Shown piece after piece: positions 41,034 to 52,876 of a stretch of 64,000 bases of DNA. Under the pieces are notes generated by a model. It searched no databases. It was not told the origin of the DNA and was given only the letters and a program-made list of their open reading frames with translations. Numbering within the stretch: the first letter of the stretch is position 1; every line of letters starts with the position of its first letter. The stretch comes from Gammaproteobacteria bacterium (GTDB lineage Bacteria > Pseudomonadota > Gammaproteobacteria > Eutrophobiales > Eutrophobiaceae), in the NCBI GenBank assembly GCA_965238225.1, contig OZ250183.1, positions 1,184,001 through 1,248,000 of the forward strand, given 5' to 3'. Both the position numbers and the translations under genes were made by a program.

Positions 41034-43601
41034 TTAAATTGTGCGTGCGATCTCAACCCGTTCAAATACTTCGATTTGATCTCCAGATTGAATATTGTCG
41101 TAATTTTTCACACCAATACCGCACTCTGTACCTGATTTCACTTCATTAACATCATCTTTAAAACGTCTCAGTGATTCGAGCTCACCCTCGTAAATAACGA
41201 TATTATCGCGCAATATACGAATAGGGCTACTCTTTTTAACAAAGCCTGTAGAAACAATACATCCAGCGATATCGCCAAGTTTTGGTGAGCGGAAAACGTC
41301 TTTTACTTCTGCAACGCCGATAATTTGCTCACGCAATTCAGGCGCGAGCATACCACCCATCACCGCTTTTACATCGTCGATAAAATCATAAATAATGCTG
41401 TAGTAACGAATTTCAATTTCTTCTTCATTAGCAAGCTTGCGTGCAGAGGCATCTGCACGAACATTAAAACCCATAACAATGGCTTGTGATGCATGAGCCA
41501 GATTTATATCAGTTTCTGTAATTCCGCCAACACCATGACTGACGATATCGACTTTGACTTCATCGGTTGATAATCTGACCAACGCCTCAGAGATAGCTTC
41601 TGAAGAACCTTGGGTATCAGCCTTAACTAAAACATTGAGCGTTGCGATACCGCCCTCGTTCATCTGAGTCATAGCATTTTGTAATTTAACTGCATGTTGT
41701 TTTGCTAACTTGGATTCACGATTTTTATTTTGTCTTTGCTCGGCGAGCTCACGCGCTATTTTCTCATCTGGAACAACAATCATTTCATCACCAGCATTAG
41801 GCATACCGGATAAACCTAATACCTCAACAGGGGTTGATGGCTCTACAGATGAAAAAATTTCATTGCCATGACTATCAGCTATGGCGCGCACACGGCCAAA
41901 TTCCCTGCCGCTTAAAATAATATCGCCTTTACTAAGTGCGCCACTTTGCACCAGAATAGTTGCAACAGGGCCGCGTCCTTTATCCAAGCGTGCCTCAATG
42001 ACAGTTCCAGTTGCAGCACCAGTTACAGACGCTTTGAGCTCAAGCAATTCCGCTTGCAGAAAAATACTTTCAAGCAAATTATCAACACCCTCGCCTGTTT
42101 GTGCAGAAACATTAATGAATTGAGTATCACCGCCCCAGTCTTCTGGAATAATTGCAAGTTTAGAAAGTTCCTGTTTTACACGTTCAGTATCTGCTTCTGC
42201 TTTATCTATTTTGTTGATGGCAATAATAATAGGCACATCACCTGCTTTTGCATGTTGTATTGCTTCTTCTGTCTGCGGCATAACACCATCATCAGCAGCA
42301 ACCACGACGACGACAATATCTGTAACGCTAGCGCCGCGAGCACGCATTGCCGTAAACGCAGCATGTCCCGGGGTATCAAGAAATGCAATTTTACCTTTAT
42401 CAATCTCTGCAATGTAGGCACCGATATGTTGCGTAATTCCTCCGACCTCGCCTTCAGTAACTTTTGTTTTACGAATATAATCAAGCAGTGAAGTTTTGCC
42501 GTGATCGACATGACCCATAATTGTCACAATGGGCGCGCGCAAAAGCTGCTCGCCACTTTCTTTTACTGCGAACACAACTTTATCTTCCAGCGCACTCTCG
42601 CTAATAAGCTTAACTTTATGACCCATCTCTTCGACAACAAGTGTCGCTGTATCCTGATCAAGCATTTGATTGATGGTAGCCATACTTCCCAGCCCCATTA
42701 TTAATTTGATGACTTCAGTTGCCTTAACTGACATTCTCTGAGCTAAATCACCCACTGAAATGTTTTCTGGTATTTCTATTTCTTTAACAACTGGTTCTGT
42801 TGGTTTCTCAAATCCATGCTGCGTTTCAACGGTTGGTATGATTTTTTGTCTATGTCTAATTTTCTTCTTGCGACGCCCTGATTTTTCAGAAGCTACATGT
42901 AATTCCTGACGTCCATAACGGGTTGGTTTATCTTCATCATTATCCCTGCTTTTATCTTTATTTTTCTTGCTTGCACGCAATTTATTGCCAGTTTTTTCTT
43001 CTACTGATGCAACTGCAGCAACAGGCTTCTCAACAACTGCTTCCAATGAATTGTTGCGTGCAATATCTGTGTCCGGTTTTCCTGACACTTCTTCAATTTT
43101 AACTTGCTCAGTTTCAGGCGTTGATAATATTTCTCTAGCCTGCTCATTTGCTGTTTCGGTATTAGCAATTTCATTACTACTATCAACCGTAACGGTCTTT
43201 GCATTTTCTGTAGTATCTTCTTTAATTTCCTCGGTTTCAGTGGGTAATTCTTCTACGACCTCCGGCTTTGTTATTGCATTTAGTGTGCTACGTTTAACAT
43301 AGGTGTGTTTCTTTCTAAATTCAACATTCACTGTTTTTGATTGTGCCCTACTTCTTCCTTGGACGCTCAATGGTACTTTGATCTCGCTACTAGTCTTTCT
43401 TTTTAATACAACCTTCTCTGTTTCTGATGAAGCTTTGCCATGTTTACTGCGGAGATATGTAAGCAGATGACTTTTTTCTGCATCCGTAATCATTTCATCG
43501 GATAATTTTTTGGGCAAGCCAGCTTCTACCATCTGTTCTTGCAACCGATCAACAGAAACCCCGACCACGCTTGCAAATTGGTTGATTGTCACTTCAAGCA
43601 T
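41034..43601 (-). CDS. infB: Translation initiation factor IF-2
   Basis: [24 protein letters not shown] and SLRRFKDDV motifs; GGAGG Shine-Dalgarno before ATG 43601. Confidence 0.98.
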   Translation of the reverse strand: MLEVTINQFASVVGVSVDRLQEQMVEAGLPKKLSDEMITDAEKSHLLTYLRSKHGKASSETEKVVLKRKTSSEIKVPLSVQGRSRAQSKTVNVEFRKKHTYVKRSTLNAITKPEVVEELPTETEEIKEDTTENAKTVTVDSSNEIANTETANEQAREILSTPETEQVKIEEVSGKPDTDIARNNSLEAVVEKPVAAVASVEEKTGNKLRASKKNKDKSRDNDEDKPTRYGRQELHVASEKSGRRKKKIRHRQKIIPTVETQHGFEKPTEPVVKEIEIPENISVGDLAQRMSVKATEVIKLIMGLGSMATINQMLDQDTATLVVEEMGHKVKLISESALEDKVVFAVKESGEQLLRAPIVTIMGHVDHGKTSLLDYIRKTKVTEGEVGGITQHIGAYIAEIDKGKIAFLDTPGHAAFTAMRARGASVTDIVVVVVAADDGVMPQTEEAIQHAKAGDVPIIIAINKIDKAEADTERVKQELSKLAIIPEDWGGDTQFINVSAQTGEGVDNLLESIFLQAELLELKASVTGAATGTVIEARLDKGRGPVATILVQSGALSKGDIILSGREFGRVRAIADSHGNEIFSSVEPSTPVEVLGLSGMPNAGDEMIVVPDEKIARELAEQRQNKNRESKLAKQHAVKLQNAMTQMNEGGIATLNVLVKADTQGSSEAISEALVRLSTDEVKVDIVSHGVGGITETDINLAHASQAIVMGFNVRADASARKLANEEEIEIRYYSIIYDFIDDVKAVMGGMLAPELREQIIGVAEVKDVFRSPKLGDIAGCIVSTGFVKKSSPIRILRDNIVIYEGELESLRRFKDDVNEVKSGTECGIGVKNYDNIQSGDQIEVFERVEIARTI

Positions 43602-45114
43602 CTGTCGATCCTCCTTCAACTTGTTCAGCTTCTTTGAACCATGGAATTCTAGCAGTCATAATTAGCTTGCTTGCTTGCTCTGAATCCATTTCTTTAATTT
43701 CCATTAATTCATATACTGAAAGTGCAGCTAAGTCATCCATGGTAATAATACTCTGTGCTGCCAATTCGTAAGCCAATGCATCTTCCATTCCTTCCATTTG
43801 CAACATATCTTCTGCTGGATGCGCATCAATTAATTTTTCTTCGTTAACAATTGCGCGTGTTAACATAACATCGTGTGCGCGACCCCGTAATTCATTAACC
43901 AGTTCACTGTCAAACTCTTCGATATTGAGCATCTCTTCCTCTGGGACATAGGCCACTTCTTCAACACTTGAGAAACCTTCCTGTACCAATATCACAGCCA
44001 TCTCTTCATCTATATCCAATTGCTCCATAAACATTTTTTGCAGTGCCTGAGTTTCTTCTTCATTTTTCTCTTCTGCCTGCTCAACAGACACCACATTAAG
44101 CACCCACTCCGTCAATTCACTGGCGAGACGAATATTTTGCCCGCCACGGCCGATGGCCTGTGAGAGATTATCCTCCTCAACAACAATATCCATACTGCGC
44201 GCATCTTCATCTACCAAAATTGAAGAAACTTCAGCGGGTGCCATAGCATTAATCACAAACTGCGCAGGATTTTCATCCCATAGGATAATATCGACACGTT
44301 CGCCACCAAGCTCGTTAGAAACTGCCTGTACACGCGAACCGCGCATGCCAACACAAGCGCCAATAGGATCTATCCGTGGATCATTTGCCTTGACTGCTAT
44401 CTTCGCTCTTGCACCAGGGTCTCGAGCACTGTTAATGATGTTTATCATACCTTCATTGACTTCAGGAACCTCAAGTTTAAATAATTCGATCAATAATTCA
44501 GGTGTAGTACGGCTCAAAAATAATTGTGGGCCTCGAATTTCTGAACGTACTTCTTGTAAATAGGCGCGAATACGATCGCCAGGTCTTATCGCTTCTCTAG
44601 GTATCAATTCTTGATGCGAAATAAAACCTTCAGCATTATTGCCCAAGTCAAGATAGACATTACCTCTTTCTACTCGCTTCACAACACCGCCTAACATTTC
44701 GCCAACACGATCAGCAAAAGCCTTGACTACCTGAATTTTTTCAGCTTCTCTTACCTTCTGCACAATCACTTGCTTTGCTATCTGTGCTGCAATTCGACCG
44801 AATTCAATCGAATCCATAAATTTTTCAACAAATTGTCCAATTTCGATAGCAGGATTATCTGCCAAGGCATCTTTAAGTTTTATTTGCCTGCTTGGAAATT
44901 CTATTTCTTCATCATCAGCTACCACTTCCCAAAGACGGAATGTTTCATAGCTGCCTGTTTCACGATCAATCACAACGCGTGATTCAATGTCTTCACGATT
45001 ACATTTCTTGGTTGCCATTTCTAATGCTGCTTCGATAGCTTCAAAGATAATATTTTTGCTAACATTTTTCTCGCCGGAAACAACATCAACTACCATTAAA
45101 ATTTCTTTATTCAT
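43594..45114 (-). CDS. nusA: Transcription factor NusA
   Basis: [24 protein letters not shown] and AIGRGGQN motifs. Confidence 0.98.
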   Translation of the reverse strand: MNKEILMVVDVVSGEKNVSKNIIFEAIEAALEMATKKCNREDIESRVVIDRETGSYETFRLWEVVADDEEIEFPSRQIKLKDALADNPAIEIGQFVEKFMDSIEFGRIAAQIAKQVIVQKVREAEKIQVVKAFADRVGEMLGGVVKRVERGNVYLDLGNNAEGFISHQELIPREAIRPGDRIRAYLQEVRSEIRGPQLFLSRTTPELLIELFKLEVPEVNEGMINIINSARDPGARAKIAVKANDPRIDPIGACVGMRGSRVQAVSNELGGERVDIILWDENPAQFVINAMAPAEVSSILVDEDARSMDIVVEEDNLSQAIGRGGQNIRLASELTEWVLNVVSVEQAEEKNEEETQALQKMFMEQLDIDEEMAVILVQEGFSSVEEVAYVPEEEMLNIEEFDSELVNELRGRAHDVMLTRAIVNEEKLIDAHPAEDMLQMEGMEDALAYELAAQSIITMDDLAALSVYELMEIKEMDSEQASKLIMTARIPWFKEAEQVEGGSTDA

Positions 45115-45171
45115 AACATAAACACTCTTAATAACATCGTTTCAGGATAAAAATTTTAATTAATTTTTTTA

Positions 45172-45627
45172 CTATATTTTTGAAACCAAACGCGCCGAGT
45201 CAATAACATCAGCAGGAATTAAATAATCAATTCCATCTTCATTAACAAGCACTGCTATTTCTTCAACTGTTTTGATTACGCCAGTAATTTTTCTACGCTG
45301 TGCAATTTTTTCACGTAATTTTATCTTTACTTTCTTGCCTAAAAATTTTTGCAGCTGCGCCAAAGTAAATAAGGGTCTATTTATTCCTGGCGATGAAACT
45401 TCAAGAAAATATTTTTCCTTAATAGGGTCCTGTAGATCCAACAATCCAACAAGCTGATGATTGACCCGCGCGCAATCTTCAACAGTGATGCCTGAATCTT
45501 TATCTATGTATACTCTCAGTATTGAGCCACCCTTCTGTCTAAAATACTCAATACCAAGCATTTCATAACCCAGCGCAGTGATCGCAGGTTCTAACAATTT
45601 AGTCAGCTCATTATGTTGTCTGTTCAC
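45172..45627 (-). CDS. rimP: Ribosome maturation factor RimP
   Basis: LRVYID, DC and LEVSSPG..RPL motifs. Confidence 0.97.
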   Translation of the reverse strand: MNRQHNELTKLLEPAITALGYEMLGIEYFRQKGGSILRVYIDKDSGITVEDCARVNHQLVGLLDLQDPIKEKYFLEVSSPGINRPLFTLAQLQKFLGKKVKIKLREKIAQRRKITGVIKTVEEIAVLVNEDGIDYLIPADVIDSARLVSKI

Positions 45628-45804
45628 TTATTCAACCAATACTCAATCAAATTAGCACTACTTAATCATTCATCGCTTTTTTGTATTCTTCAAAATGGCC
45701 GCAAAACACCTGATGGAAATTGCAGCTTGCGAGCTTAAAGAGCCTAGTCTACACCATACATGCCAGCTATAAATCTCCTTAAAAAAATAATTTCCAGCGC
45801 CTGT

Positions 45805-45828
45805 AAAAAAGGCTCCAATGGAGCCTTT
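45805..45828 (-). terminator. Terminator after the initiator tRNA
   Basis: AAAGGCTCC-ATT-GGAGCC-TTTTTT on the minus strand. Confidence 0.75.
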
Positions 45829-45841
45829 ATTAAAAAAACTT

Positions 45842-45918
<77 letters not shown>

Positions 45919-45930
45919 CTAAGGGAGCGC

Positions 45931-45959
45931 ATACTACAACCAGCTTGAAACTTAATCAA
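45931..45959 (-). promoter_or_regulatory. sigma70 promoter of the tRNA-rimP-nusA operon
   Basis: TTGATT-17 bp-TAGTAT followed by a GCGCTCC discriminator. Confidence 0.6.
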
Positions 45960-46057
45960 GGCTGTGCTTGTATCTTTAAATTAACTTCAAAATTGGACAA
46001 GATTTGTCTTATTTTCATATATCACGAGCGAATTTGATTTGTCATAATACACAAGCC

Positions 46058-47149
46058 ATGAACCAGAAGACTCAAATCGGGGGGGGAGATATATCGCCCA
46101 ATAAGGCTGATGAGGCCTATCAAAAGCATATCCTGCAGTATGTCTCCCGTACTTTTGCGCTTACTATCCCACAATTGCCAAAAGCTTTAAGGCGTATCAT
46201 CGGTAATGCCTATTTGCTTTGTCGCATCGCTGATACCATCGAAGATGATGCTAAAATCAATCCTGAACAAACTCGATATCTGACTAGCCTGTTTGTGCAG
46301 GTGGTATCTGGATATGTGCCAGCGAAAGAACTTTCTGATGTGCTATATCCTCTGCTTTCAGAACGCACAAGCAAAGAAGAGCATGATTTAATAAAAAACA
46401 TGGAATCTGTGATTCGAATTACCCACAGTTTTAACGGGAACCAGAGGAATGCGCTTGAACGTTGTGTTCGTATCATGTCTGATGGAATGGCTGATTACCA
46501 GGATATTGAAACACTTGATGGTTTGGAAAATCTGGCGGCAATGGATGAGTATTGCTATTTTGTCGCGGGCGTGGTTGGTGAAATGTTGACGGAATTATTT
46601 TGTGATTACTCGAATGAAATCAACGCCAATAAAGATAAGCTAATGGAGCTCGCTGTCTCATTTGGGCAAGGTTTACAAATGACCAATATTCTTAAGGATA
46701 TATGGGATGATAAGGTGCGAGGTGCCTGTTGGTTGCCAAGAGATATTTTTCAAAAACAAGGATTTAACCTCAGCGAACTAAATGGGTGTAATAAAAATGA
46801 AAATTTTCAACGTGGATTGGGGCAACTCATCGCTATCGCTAGAAATCACCTGCATGATGCACTAATCTATACGCTGATGATTCCTACACATGAACAAGGC
46901 ATTCGTAAATTCTGCCTATGGGCGCTGGGGATGGCTGTCCTGTCGCTGGACAAACTAAATAAACATCGTGATTTCAGTAGTGGGGCTGAAGTAAAGATTA
47001 GTAGAAAGAGTGTCAAGGCCACGGTCGCCTCAACCAGTCTCTTGGTGAGCAATAACTGGGCTCTAAAAAAGCTGTTTCATTACACCAGTCGAAATTTGCC
47101 GACGACAGGCATCCATGAGAGACTTAGCGCTCAAGACAGTGCTGAATAG
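46058..47149 (+). CDS. sqs: Squalene synthase (single-enzyme type, phytoene/squalene synthase family)
   Basis: VSRTFAL.I, YLLCRIADTIEDD, YCYFVAGVVG and GQGLQMTNILKD motifs; directly upstream of shc. Confidence 0.85.
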   Translation: MNQKTQIGGGDISPNKADEAYQKHILQYVSRTFALTIPQLPKALRRIIGNAYLLCRIADTIEDDAKINPEQTRYLTSLFVQVVSGYVPAKELSDVLYPLLSERTSKEEHDLIKNMESVIRITHSFNGNQRNALERCVRIMSDGMADYQDIETLDGLENLAAMDEYCYFVAGVVGEMLTELFCDYSNEINANKDKLMELAVSFGQGLQMTNILKDIWDDKVRGACWLPRDIFQKQGFNLSELNGCNKNENFQRGLGQLIAIARNHLHDALIYTLMIPTHEQGIRKFCLWALGMAVLSLDKLNKHRDFSSGAEVKISRKSVKATVASTSLLVSNNWALKKLFHYTSRNLPTTGIHERLSAQDSAE

Positions 47150-47254
47150 ATTGGTGGGCAGATTTAAGAGATAGACCAAAAATCAGATTAAAAGAGCTCC
47201 AGTTAAAACAAATATTAACTGATACTTAAATATATAGCAGATATTAATTTATTC

Positions 47255-49171
47255 ATGTTAGATAGAACCAGAGAAGAAAAGACGCAGCAGTCATTAAAAC
47301 AAGTCATTCAATCCGCAAAAAGTGCGTTAATTTCACAACAGCATAAAGATGGGCACTGGGTCTACCGATTAGAAGCCGATTGCACCATCCCCGCTGAATA
47401 CATCCTCATGAATCATTTCGCCGGGGAAATAAATGACGAACTGGAAGCAAGAATAGCAGTTTATATTCGTGAACATCAAACAGAAAATGGTGGCTGGTCA
47501 TTATTTTATGGAGGTAACTTTGATCTTAGCTGTTCTGTGAAAAGTTATTACGCTCTAAAAATGGTTGGCGATGATCCCTGTGATGATCATATGGCAAAAG
47601 CCAGAAATATTATTTTGCAACATGGCGGAGCGGCACATGCTAATGTTTTTACTCGCATTCTCATGGCCATGTTTGAACAGGTGCCTTGGCACGCAACCCC
47701 ATTTATTCCAACTGAAATAATCCTTTTGCCTAAATGGTTCCCTTTTCATATAAACAAGGTTTCCTATTGGTCTAGAACTGTCATGGTGCCTTTGTTCGTG
47801 CTTCGTACCTTGAAGGCTAAAGCAAAAAATCCTCGTGCAATAGATATAAGAGAATTATTTGTTGTGCCTCCAGACGAGGAACAACATTATTTTCGAATCA
47901 CTACCCCGCTAACCCGTGTATTTCTAATCCTTGATCATGTTGGCACTCTATTGGAAAAATTTGTACCAAAATTTATTAGAAACATTTCTGTGCGAAAATG
48001 TGAAAAATGGTTTACCGATAGAATGAATGAAGAGCACGGCATCGGTGGTATTTTTCCAGCTATGGTCAATGTTTATGAATCCCTCATTGTGCTAGGTCAT
48101 GATAAAAATAGCGCAATAGTTAAGCAGGCTAGAAAAGCAATAGACAATCTTTTGGTTAATGAAGAAGATAAGAGTTATTGTCAGCCTTCCATCTCTCCAG
48201 TGTGGGATACAGCACTTGTCTGTCATGCTCTGATTGAAACCCAAGAAGATGATGGTCTTGATGAAATAAAAATAAATATCAATAATGGGATACAGTGGTT
48301 AAAAACAAAACAGCTTAATGATGATCCAGGTGACTGGCGCATTTCCCGCCCTAAACTTAAAGGCGGCGGTTGGGCATTTCAATATAGCAATTATTACTAT
48401 CCAGATCTCGATGATACTGCGATGGTTGCCTGGGCAATGCATCGAACCTGCGATAAAACCTATTCAGAAGCTATAGAACAAGCTGCTCAGTGGCTTGATG
48501 GAATGAAATCAAACAACGGTGGATTTGGTTCTTTTGAAGTAAATAACACTCAGTATTACTTAAACTACATCCCATTCTCTGATCATGGTGCTTTGCTTGA
48601 TCCTCCGACGGCAGATGTCACTGGTCGCTGTATAGCCTTGCTGTCTCTTGCTGATAAAGAAAAATATAGACGAACAATTAATAATGCGATTCAATTCATA
48701 AAAAATGAACAGGAAACAGACGGTTCATGGTTTGGTCGTTGGGGAACCAATTATATATATGGAACTTGGTCTGTACTCACAGCGCTAGAAATTGCCAAAG
48801 AAGATATACAACAACCCTATATACGCCGTGCAATTGCATGGCTTAAAGAAATTCAGAACGAAGATGGCGGTTGGGGAGAAACTAACGAAAGCTATTATCC
48901 GCCAAGACATCGACGTCTCTATGCAAGCACATCATTTCAAACAGCATGGGCAATATTATCATTGCTTGCAGTTGGTGAAGCAGAATCTGAAGCAGTAAAG
49001 CTTGGAATTAACCACCTTATTGAAAATCAAAAGATGGATGGATTCTGGCATGATCCAGATTATACTGCTCCGGGCTTTCCTCGCGTTTTTTATCTCAAGT
49101 ATCATGGCTACACTAAATACTTTCCTCTCTGGGCACTTGCCAAATACAACAATCTAATCAAGCAATCTTGA
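47255..49171 (+). CDS. shc: Squalene-hopene cyclase
   Basis: SPVWDT, GGWAFQY.N.YYPDLDDTA (DxDD), QW repeats, GRWG.NY.YGT and GFPRVFYLKYHGY motifs. Confidence 0.97.
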   Translation: MLDRTREEKTQQSLKQVIQSAKSALISQQHKDGHWVYRLEADCTIPAEYILMNHFAGEINDELEARIAVYIREHQTENGGWSLFYGGNFDLSCSVKSYYALKMVGDDPCDDHMAKARNIILQHGGAAHANVFTRILMAMFEQVPWHATPFIPTEIILLPKWFPFHINKVSYWSRTVMVPLFVLRTLKAKAKNPRAIDIRELFVVPPDEEQHYFRITTPLTRVFLILDHVGTLLEKFVPKFIRNISVRKCEKWFTDRMNEEHGIGGIFPAMVNVYESLIVLGHDKNSAIVKQARKAIDNLLVNEEDKSYCQPSISPVWDTALVCHALIETQEDDGLDEIKININNGIQWLKTKQLNDDPGDWRISRPKLKGGGWAFQYSNYYYPDLDDTAMVAWAMHRTCDKTYSEAIEQAAQWLDGMKSNNGGFGSFEVNNTQYYLNYIPFSDHGALLDPPTADVTGRCIALLSLADKEKYRRTINNAIQFIKNEQETDGSWFGRWGTNYIYGTWSVLTALEIAKEDIQQPYIRRAIAWLKEIQNEDGGWGETNESYYPPRHRRLYASTSFQTAWAILSLLAVGEAESEAVKLGINHLIENQKMDGFWHDPDYTAPGFPRVFYLKYHGYTKYFPLWALAKYNNLIKQS

Positions 49172-49896
49172 ACCGTATCGGTATTGTTAGTGCGTTAAGC
49201 TTGGAAAGTCGCTGTTTGACTGGTAATACAATTCCAGTAAATAAACCTGTACAGATCAATGAACATGCAGTCGCTATTGTCTCCGGAATGGGTGAAGATA
49301 ATGCTCGCATCTGTGCCAAGACTTTACTTGAACAAAATATTAGCGCACTCGTTAGTTGGGGAACGGCTGGCGCATTGGCTGGAAATATCCAATCCGGAGA
49401 TTTATTACTGGCCGACAGTGTTATTTCAAGCGATGGAAATCAATATTCATTTGATATTGAGTGGGGAAAACGCATCGCTAATGAACTCTGCAATACTTCA
49501 TTAAAAATACATCATGGCATAATCGCTCATAGCCAACACATACTGGCAATATTTGAAGACAAAAAGAAACTGTATAATAAAACTAATGCCATGGCTTGTG
49601 ATATGGAGTCTTTTGCTATTGCTAAAATTGCAAATGACATGAAACGTCCTTGTATATCAGTGCGCGCCATCGTTGATGAGGCACCACAATGCATTCCTGA
49701 AACAATAATAAAAAATATAGACATTTTTGGGCGCCCGAGTTTGATTCCTATACTTTCCAGCCTAGTTCGAAATCCAGGTCTTGTAACTGAAATAATAAAA
49801 TTAAGCTCCAGCATGAAGGCTGCAACAACAACCTTAAGTATCGTTTCCAAAAAACGGGCTTTATTCTCTGGCGCCATTGATAATAAACGTGCTTAA
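49168..49896 (+). CDS. hpnG: Hopanoid-associated phosphorylase/nucleosidase
   Basis: SGMG, SWG.AGAL, DMES and VRAIVD motifs; overlaps the shc stop. Confidence 0.8.
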   Translation: MNRIGIVSALSLESRCLTGNTIPVNKPVQINEHAVAIVSGMGEDNARICAKTLLEQNISALVSWGTAGALAGNIQSGDLLLADSVISSDGNQYSFDIEWGKRIANELCNTSLKIHHGIIAHSQHILAIFEDKKKLYNKTNAMACDMESFAIAKIANDMKRPCISVRAIVDEAPQCIPETIIKNIDIFGRPSLIPILSSLVRNPGLVTEIIKLSSSMKAATTTLSIVSKKRALFSGAIDNKRA

Positions 49897-50227
49897 ATTA
49901 AATAAAAATCATCCTAAGTCACAATAGATTTTCGTGATGCCAATATGCAAAGACATTGTCATAAGTTATTAGTGAATATGTAGCTTGGCAAGCTGATTAA
50001 TACAAATGCTTTGCAAGAAAATACTCTGCTGGGTTATTAATGAATATGTGCGTGGTCAAACTGTACATTTTCTTCGAAGATTCTAAACACAGACATAGCT
50101 CATGATCGCTTTATCCGCTTGAAAAGCTTGAAAAAATTATATAGAGCTCAGTTAAATAAGTTACTTACTGAATACTGCTGTATAGTCTCCAGTACAACAA
50201 AAAATAAGTTAGCGATATTAATAAATC

Positions 50228-52876
50228 ATGCTTGTATTTCTACGTCAGATATTCAATCGCGCTTTGCTTGGCTGGACTAACATCCTTCAAGGTCACAAAA
50301 TATCTACCATCATACTTTTCTTTTTTATAGTTCTGGTATCGATTCAATATACCAAAAATAACCTTAGAATGAATACGAGCACAGAAGATATGCTGTCTCC
50401 TGACCTTAATTGGCGAAAGCTAGATAAGGAATTATCATTAGAATTTCCACAATCTAATAATAATATTTTGATCGTCATCGAAGCGCCTACGCCTGACGAG
50501 GCAATGGATGCTGCCGACAAACTCTATGAAACTCTAAAACAAGATACAATATTATTTAAATCTATTTTTTCTTTTCGATCTTTGCCATTTTTTAAAAAAT
50601 CTTCTTTACTTTTTCTTGAGGAAAATGAATTGCAGGATCTATCTGATCGTCTCGCAGAGATTCAGCCATTTCTCTCCAAGTTGACTGAAGATCAAAATAT
50701 ACGTGGTTTGTTTGTCATGCTTGAAAAAGCGATCCAAGAAAAATTAGATGGCGAAAAAATTCAAATCTCTCCGCTTATAAAGAAAATTAATATCTCGCTT
50801 GATGCCATTTTGAAAAATCAGCCCCACCAACTGTCATGGCATAGCTTGATGGCAGGCAAAGAACTGGATGAAAATCTTTATCGTGAATTTATTATTCTAC
50901 AGCCTGAATTGAATTATAACAATTTATTTCCGGCAGAAACTGCCATTGAAAAAATTAGAATTATTGCCAATAAACTTAATATTAATGCTGAAAATAATTT
51001 ACGCATGAGGCTAAGCGGTAGTGCTGTACTCTCTCACGAAGAATTAAAAAGCGTCATGTCAGGCACAAAACTTTCTATCATCCTTGCGCTATGTATGATC
51101 ACAGTCATTATGATTGTCGGCATGGGATCATTTTACTTGGTGCTGGCAACAATCATCACCTTAATAAGTGGACTGATAATTACCGCTGCTTGGGCAACGC
51201 TGACTGTAGGTGAGTTGAATCTTATATCAGTTGCATTTGCGGTGCTTTATATCGGTTTGGGAGTTGATTTTGCAATTCATTTTTGTTTGCGTTTTCGTGA
51301 GTATCTTTTGGGTAAAAATGATCGTGCGCTTGCTCTTTATGAAACGTCAAAAAGTTGCGGTGACTCCTTGTTTTTATGTACTATCACTACGGCAATCGGT
51401 TTCTATGCCTTTATACCAACAGATTATGATGGTATCGCAGAGCTGGGATGGATATCAGGAAGCGGCATGTTTATCAGCTTCATTATTACCATGACATTAC
51501 TACCTGCACTGCTTGGCATATTGCCGATTAAGGTGAAGCCCTCCATCTGTAGCAATACCCATTCAATCCTTACTAACCCAATAAAAAACTTGCTCGCTTT
51601 CCCATCGACCTATGCCAAAACAATAAAGTTTATTGCCATTATAATTTTTGGCATGTGTATCTGGACTGTACCAAAAGTCAAATTTGATCACAACACTTTA
51701 AATCTACAAAACCCTGAGAATGAATCTGTAAAAACTTATATGGATCTTCTGGCAGATAACAAATCTTCTCCATGGCAAGCTGAAATTCTTGCAGACAATA
51801 AACAAGAAGCAAAGGTGTTAGAATTAGAATTAGAAAAATTATCTCTAGTAGATAGTGTTACTTGGTTAAATGAATTCATTCCAGAAAATCAAGACAGTAA
51901 ATTATCTATCGTTGATGACATGACTATTATCCTCAGTGGTATAAATTTAGTTTCGTCTTTTCCTGTTCCTGATATGGAAGAGAGAATTACTGCCATTAAT
52001 AATCTTGTATTGTTAATGGACTCAAATCAGGAAAAACTCCATCAAATACCTCTTGCTCAAGATCTATTAAATAAGCTCAACATTTTTATTAAACAGCATT
52101 CACAACTAGATAATCAACATAAAAATACACTATTAATGAATCTTGAGCATAGCCTGCTTAACTCATTACCTGGCCGATTAAATTCTCTGGAAAGCTCTCT
52201 TGCAGCAGAAAAAATTGATGAGACTAATATTCCATCTGAATTAAGTAATCGTTGGATTGGGCAAAACGAAAAATATTTGCTTGAGATATTTCCGGTAGAA
52301 AATCTGCAAGACAACGAAGCATTGGAAAGATTTGTGAAACAACTACAGTCTAATTTTCCACATGTCATTGGTTCGCCTGTTATCAGCGTGGAAGGAGGGA
52401 AAGCCGTCGTATCTGCCTTCAAACAAGCTTTTATTATGGCTCTATGCGCGATCTCATTCTTATTATATATTTTGATGGATAAACGTCGGGATATACTATT
52501 AATTACAATCCCGATCTTAATGGCTGCTATATTAACTGCGACAGCCAGTCTAGTCTTTTCCATTCCTTTGAATTTTGCCAACATTATTGCTTTGCCATTG
52601 TTGCTCGGAATTGGTGTTGACAGTGGCATACATATTCTACATCGCTACAGGAATGCACCTCCAGAGGATGGGGTTATTCTTGCAACTAGTTCAGCGCGTG
52701 CTGTATTAGTTAGTTCATTCACTACGATTGTTAGTATTGGTAATCTATCTTTTTCATCACATCTTGGCACAGCCAGTATGGGAAAACTTTTAACCATCGG
52801 TATCATCATGACATTGCTCTGTACATTGATTATTCTGCCGAGTTTACTCGCGACAACAAATAATTTATCTGAGTGA
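50228..52876 (+). CDS. hpnN: Hopanoid RND/MMPL transporter
   Basis: LNLISVAFAVLYIGLGVDFAIH, NFANIIALPLLLGIGVD and SSH.GTASMG.LL motifs. Confidence 0.92.
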   Translation: MLVFLRQIFNRALLGWTNILQGHKISTIILFFFIVLVSIQYTKNNLRMNTSTEDMLSPDLNWRKLDKELSLEFPQSNNNILIVIEAPTPDEAMDAADKLYETLKQDTILFKSIFSFRSLPFFKKSSLLFLEENELQDLSDRLAEIQPFLSKLTEDQNIRGLFVMLEKAIQEKLDGEKIQISPLIKKINISLDAILKNQPHQLSWHSLMAGKELDENLYREFIILQPELNYNNLFPAETAIEKIRIIANKLNINAENNLRMRLSGSAVLSHEELKSVMSGTKLSIILALCMITVIMIVGMGSFYLVLATIITLISGLIITAAWATLTVGELNLISVAFAVLYIGLGVDFAIHFCLRFREYLLGKNDRALALYETSKSCGDSLFLCTITTAIGFYAFIPTDYDGIAELGWISGSGMFISFIITMTLLPALLGILPIKVKPSICSNTHSILTNPIKNLLAFPSTYAKTIKFIAIIIFGMCIWTVPKVKFDHNTLNLQNPENESVKTYMDLLADNKSSPWQAEILADNKQEAKVLELELEKLSLVDSVTWLNEFIPENQDSKLSIVDDMTIILSGINLVSSFPVPDMEERITAINNLVLLMDSNQEKLHQIPLAQDLLNKLNIFIKQHSQLDNQHKNTLLMNLEHSLLNSLPGRLNSLESSLAAEKIDETNIPSELSNRWIGQNEKYLLEIFPVENLQDNEALERFVKQLQSNFPHVIGSPVISVEGGKAVVSAFKQAFIMALCAISFLLYILMDKRRDILLITIPILMAAILTATASLVFSIPLNFANIIALPLLLGIGVDSGIHILHRYRNAPPEDGVILATSSARAVLVSSFTTIVSIGNLSFSSHLGTASMGKLLTIGIIMTLLCTLIILPSLLATTNNLSE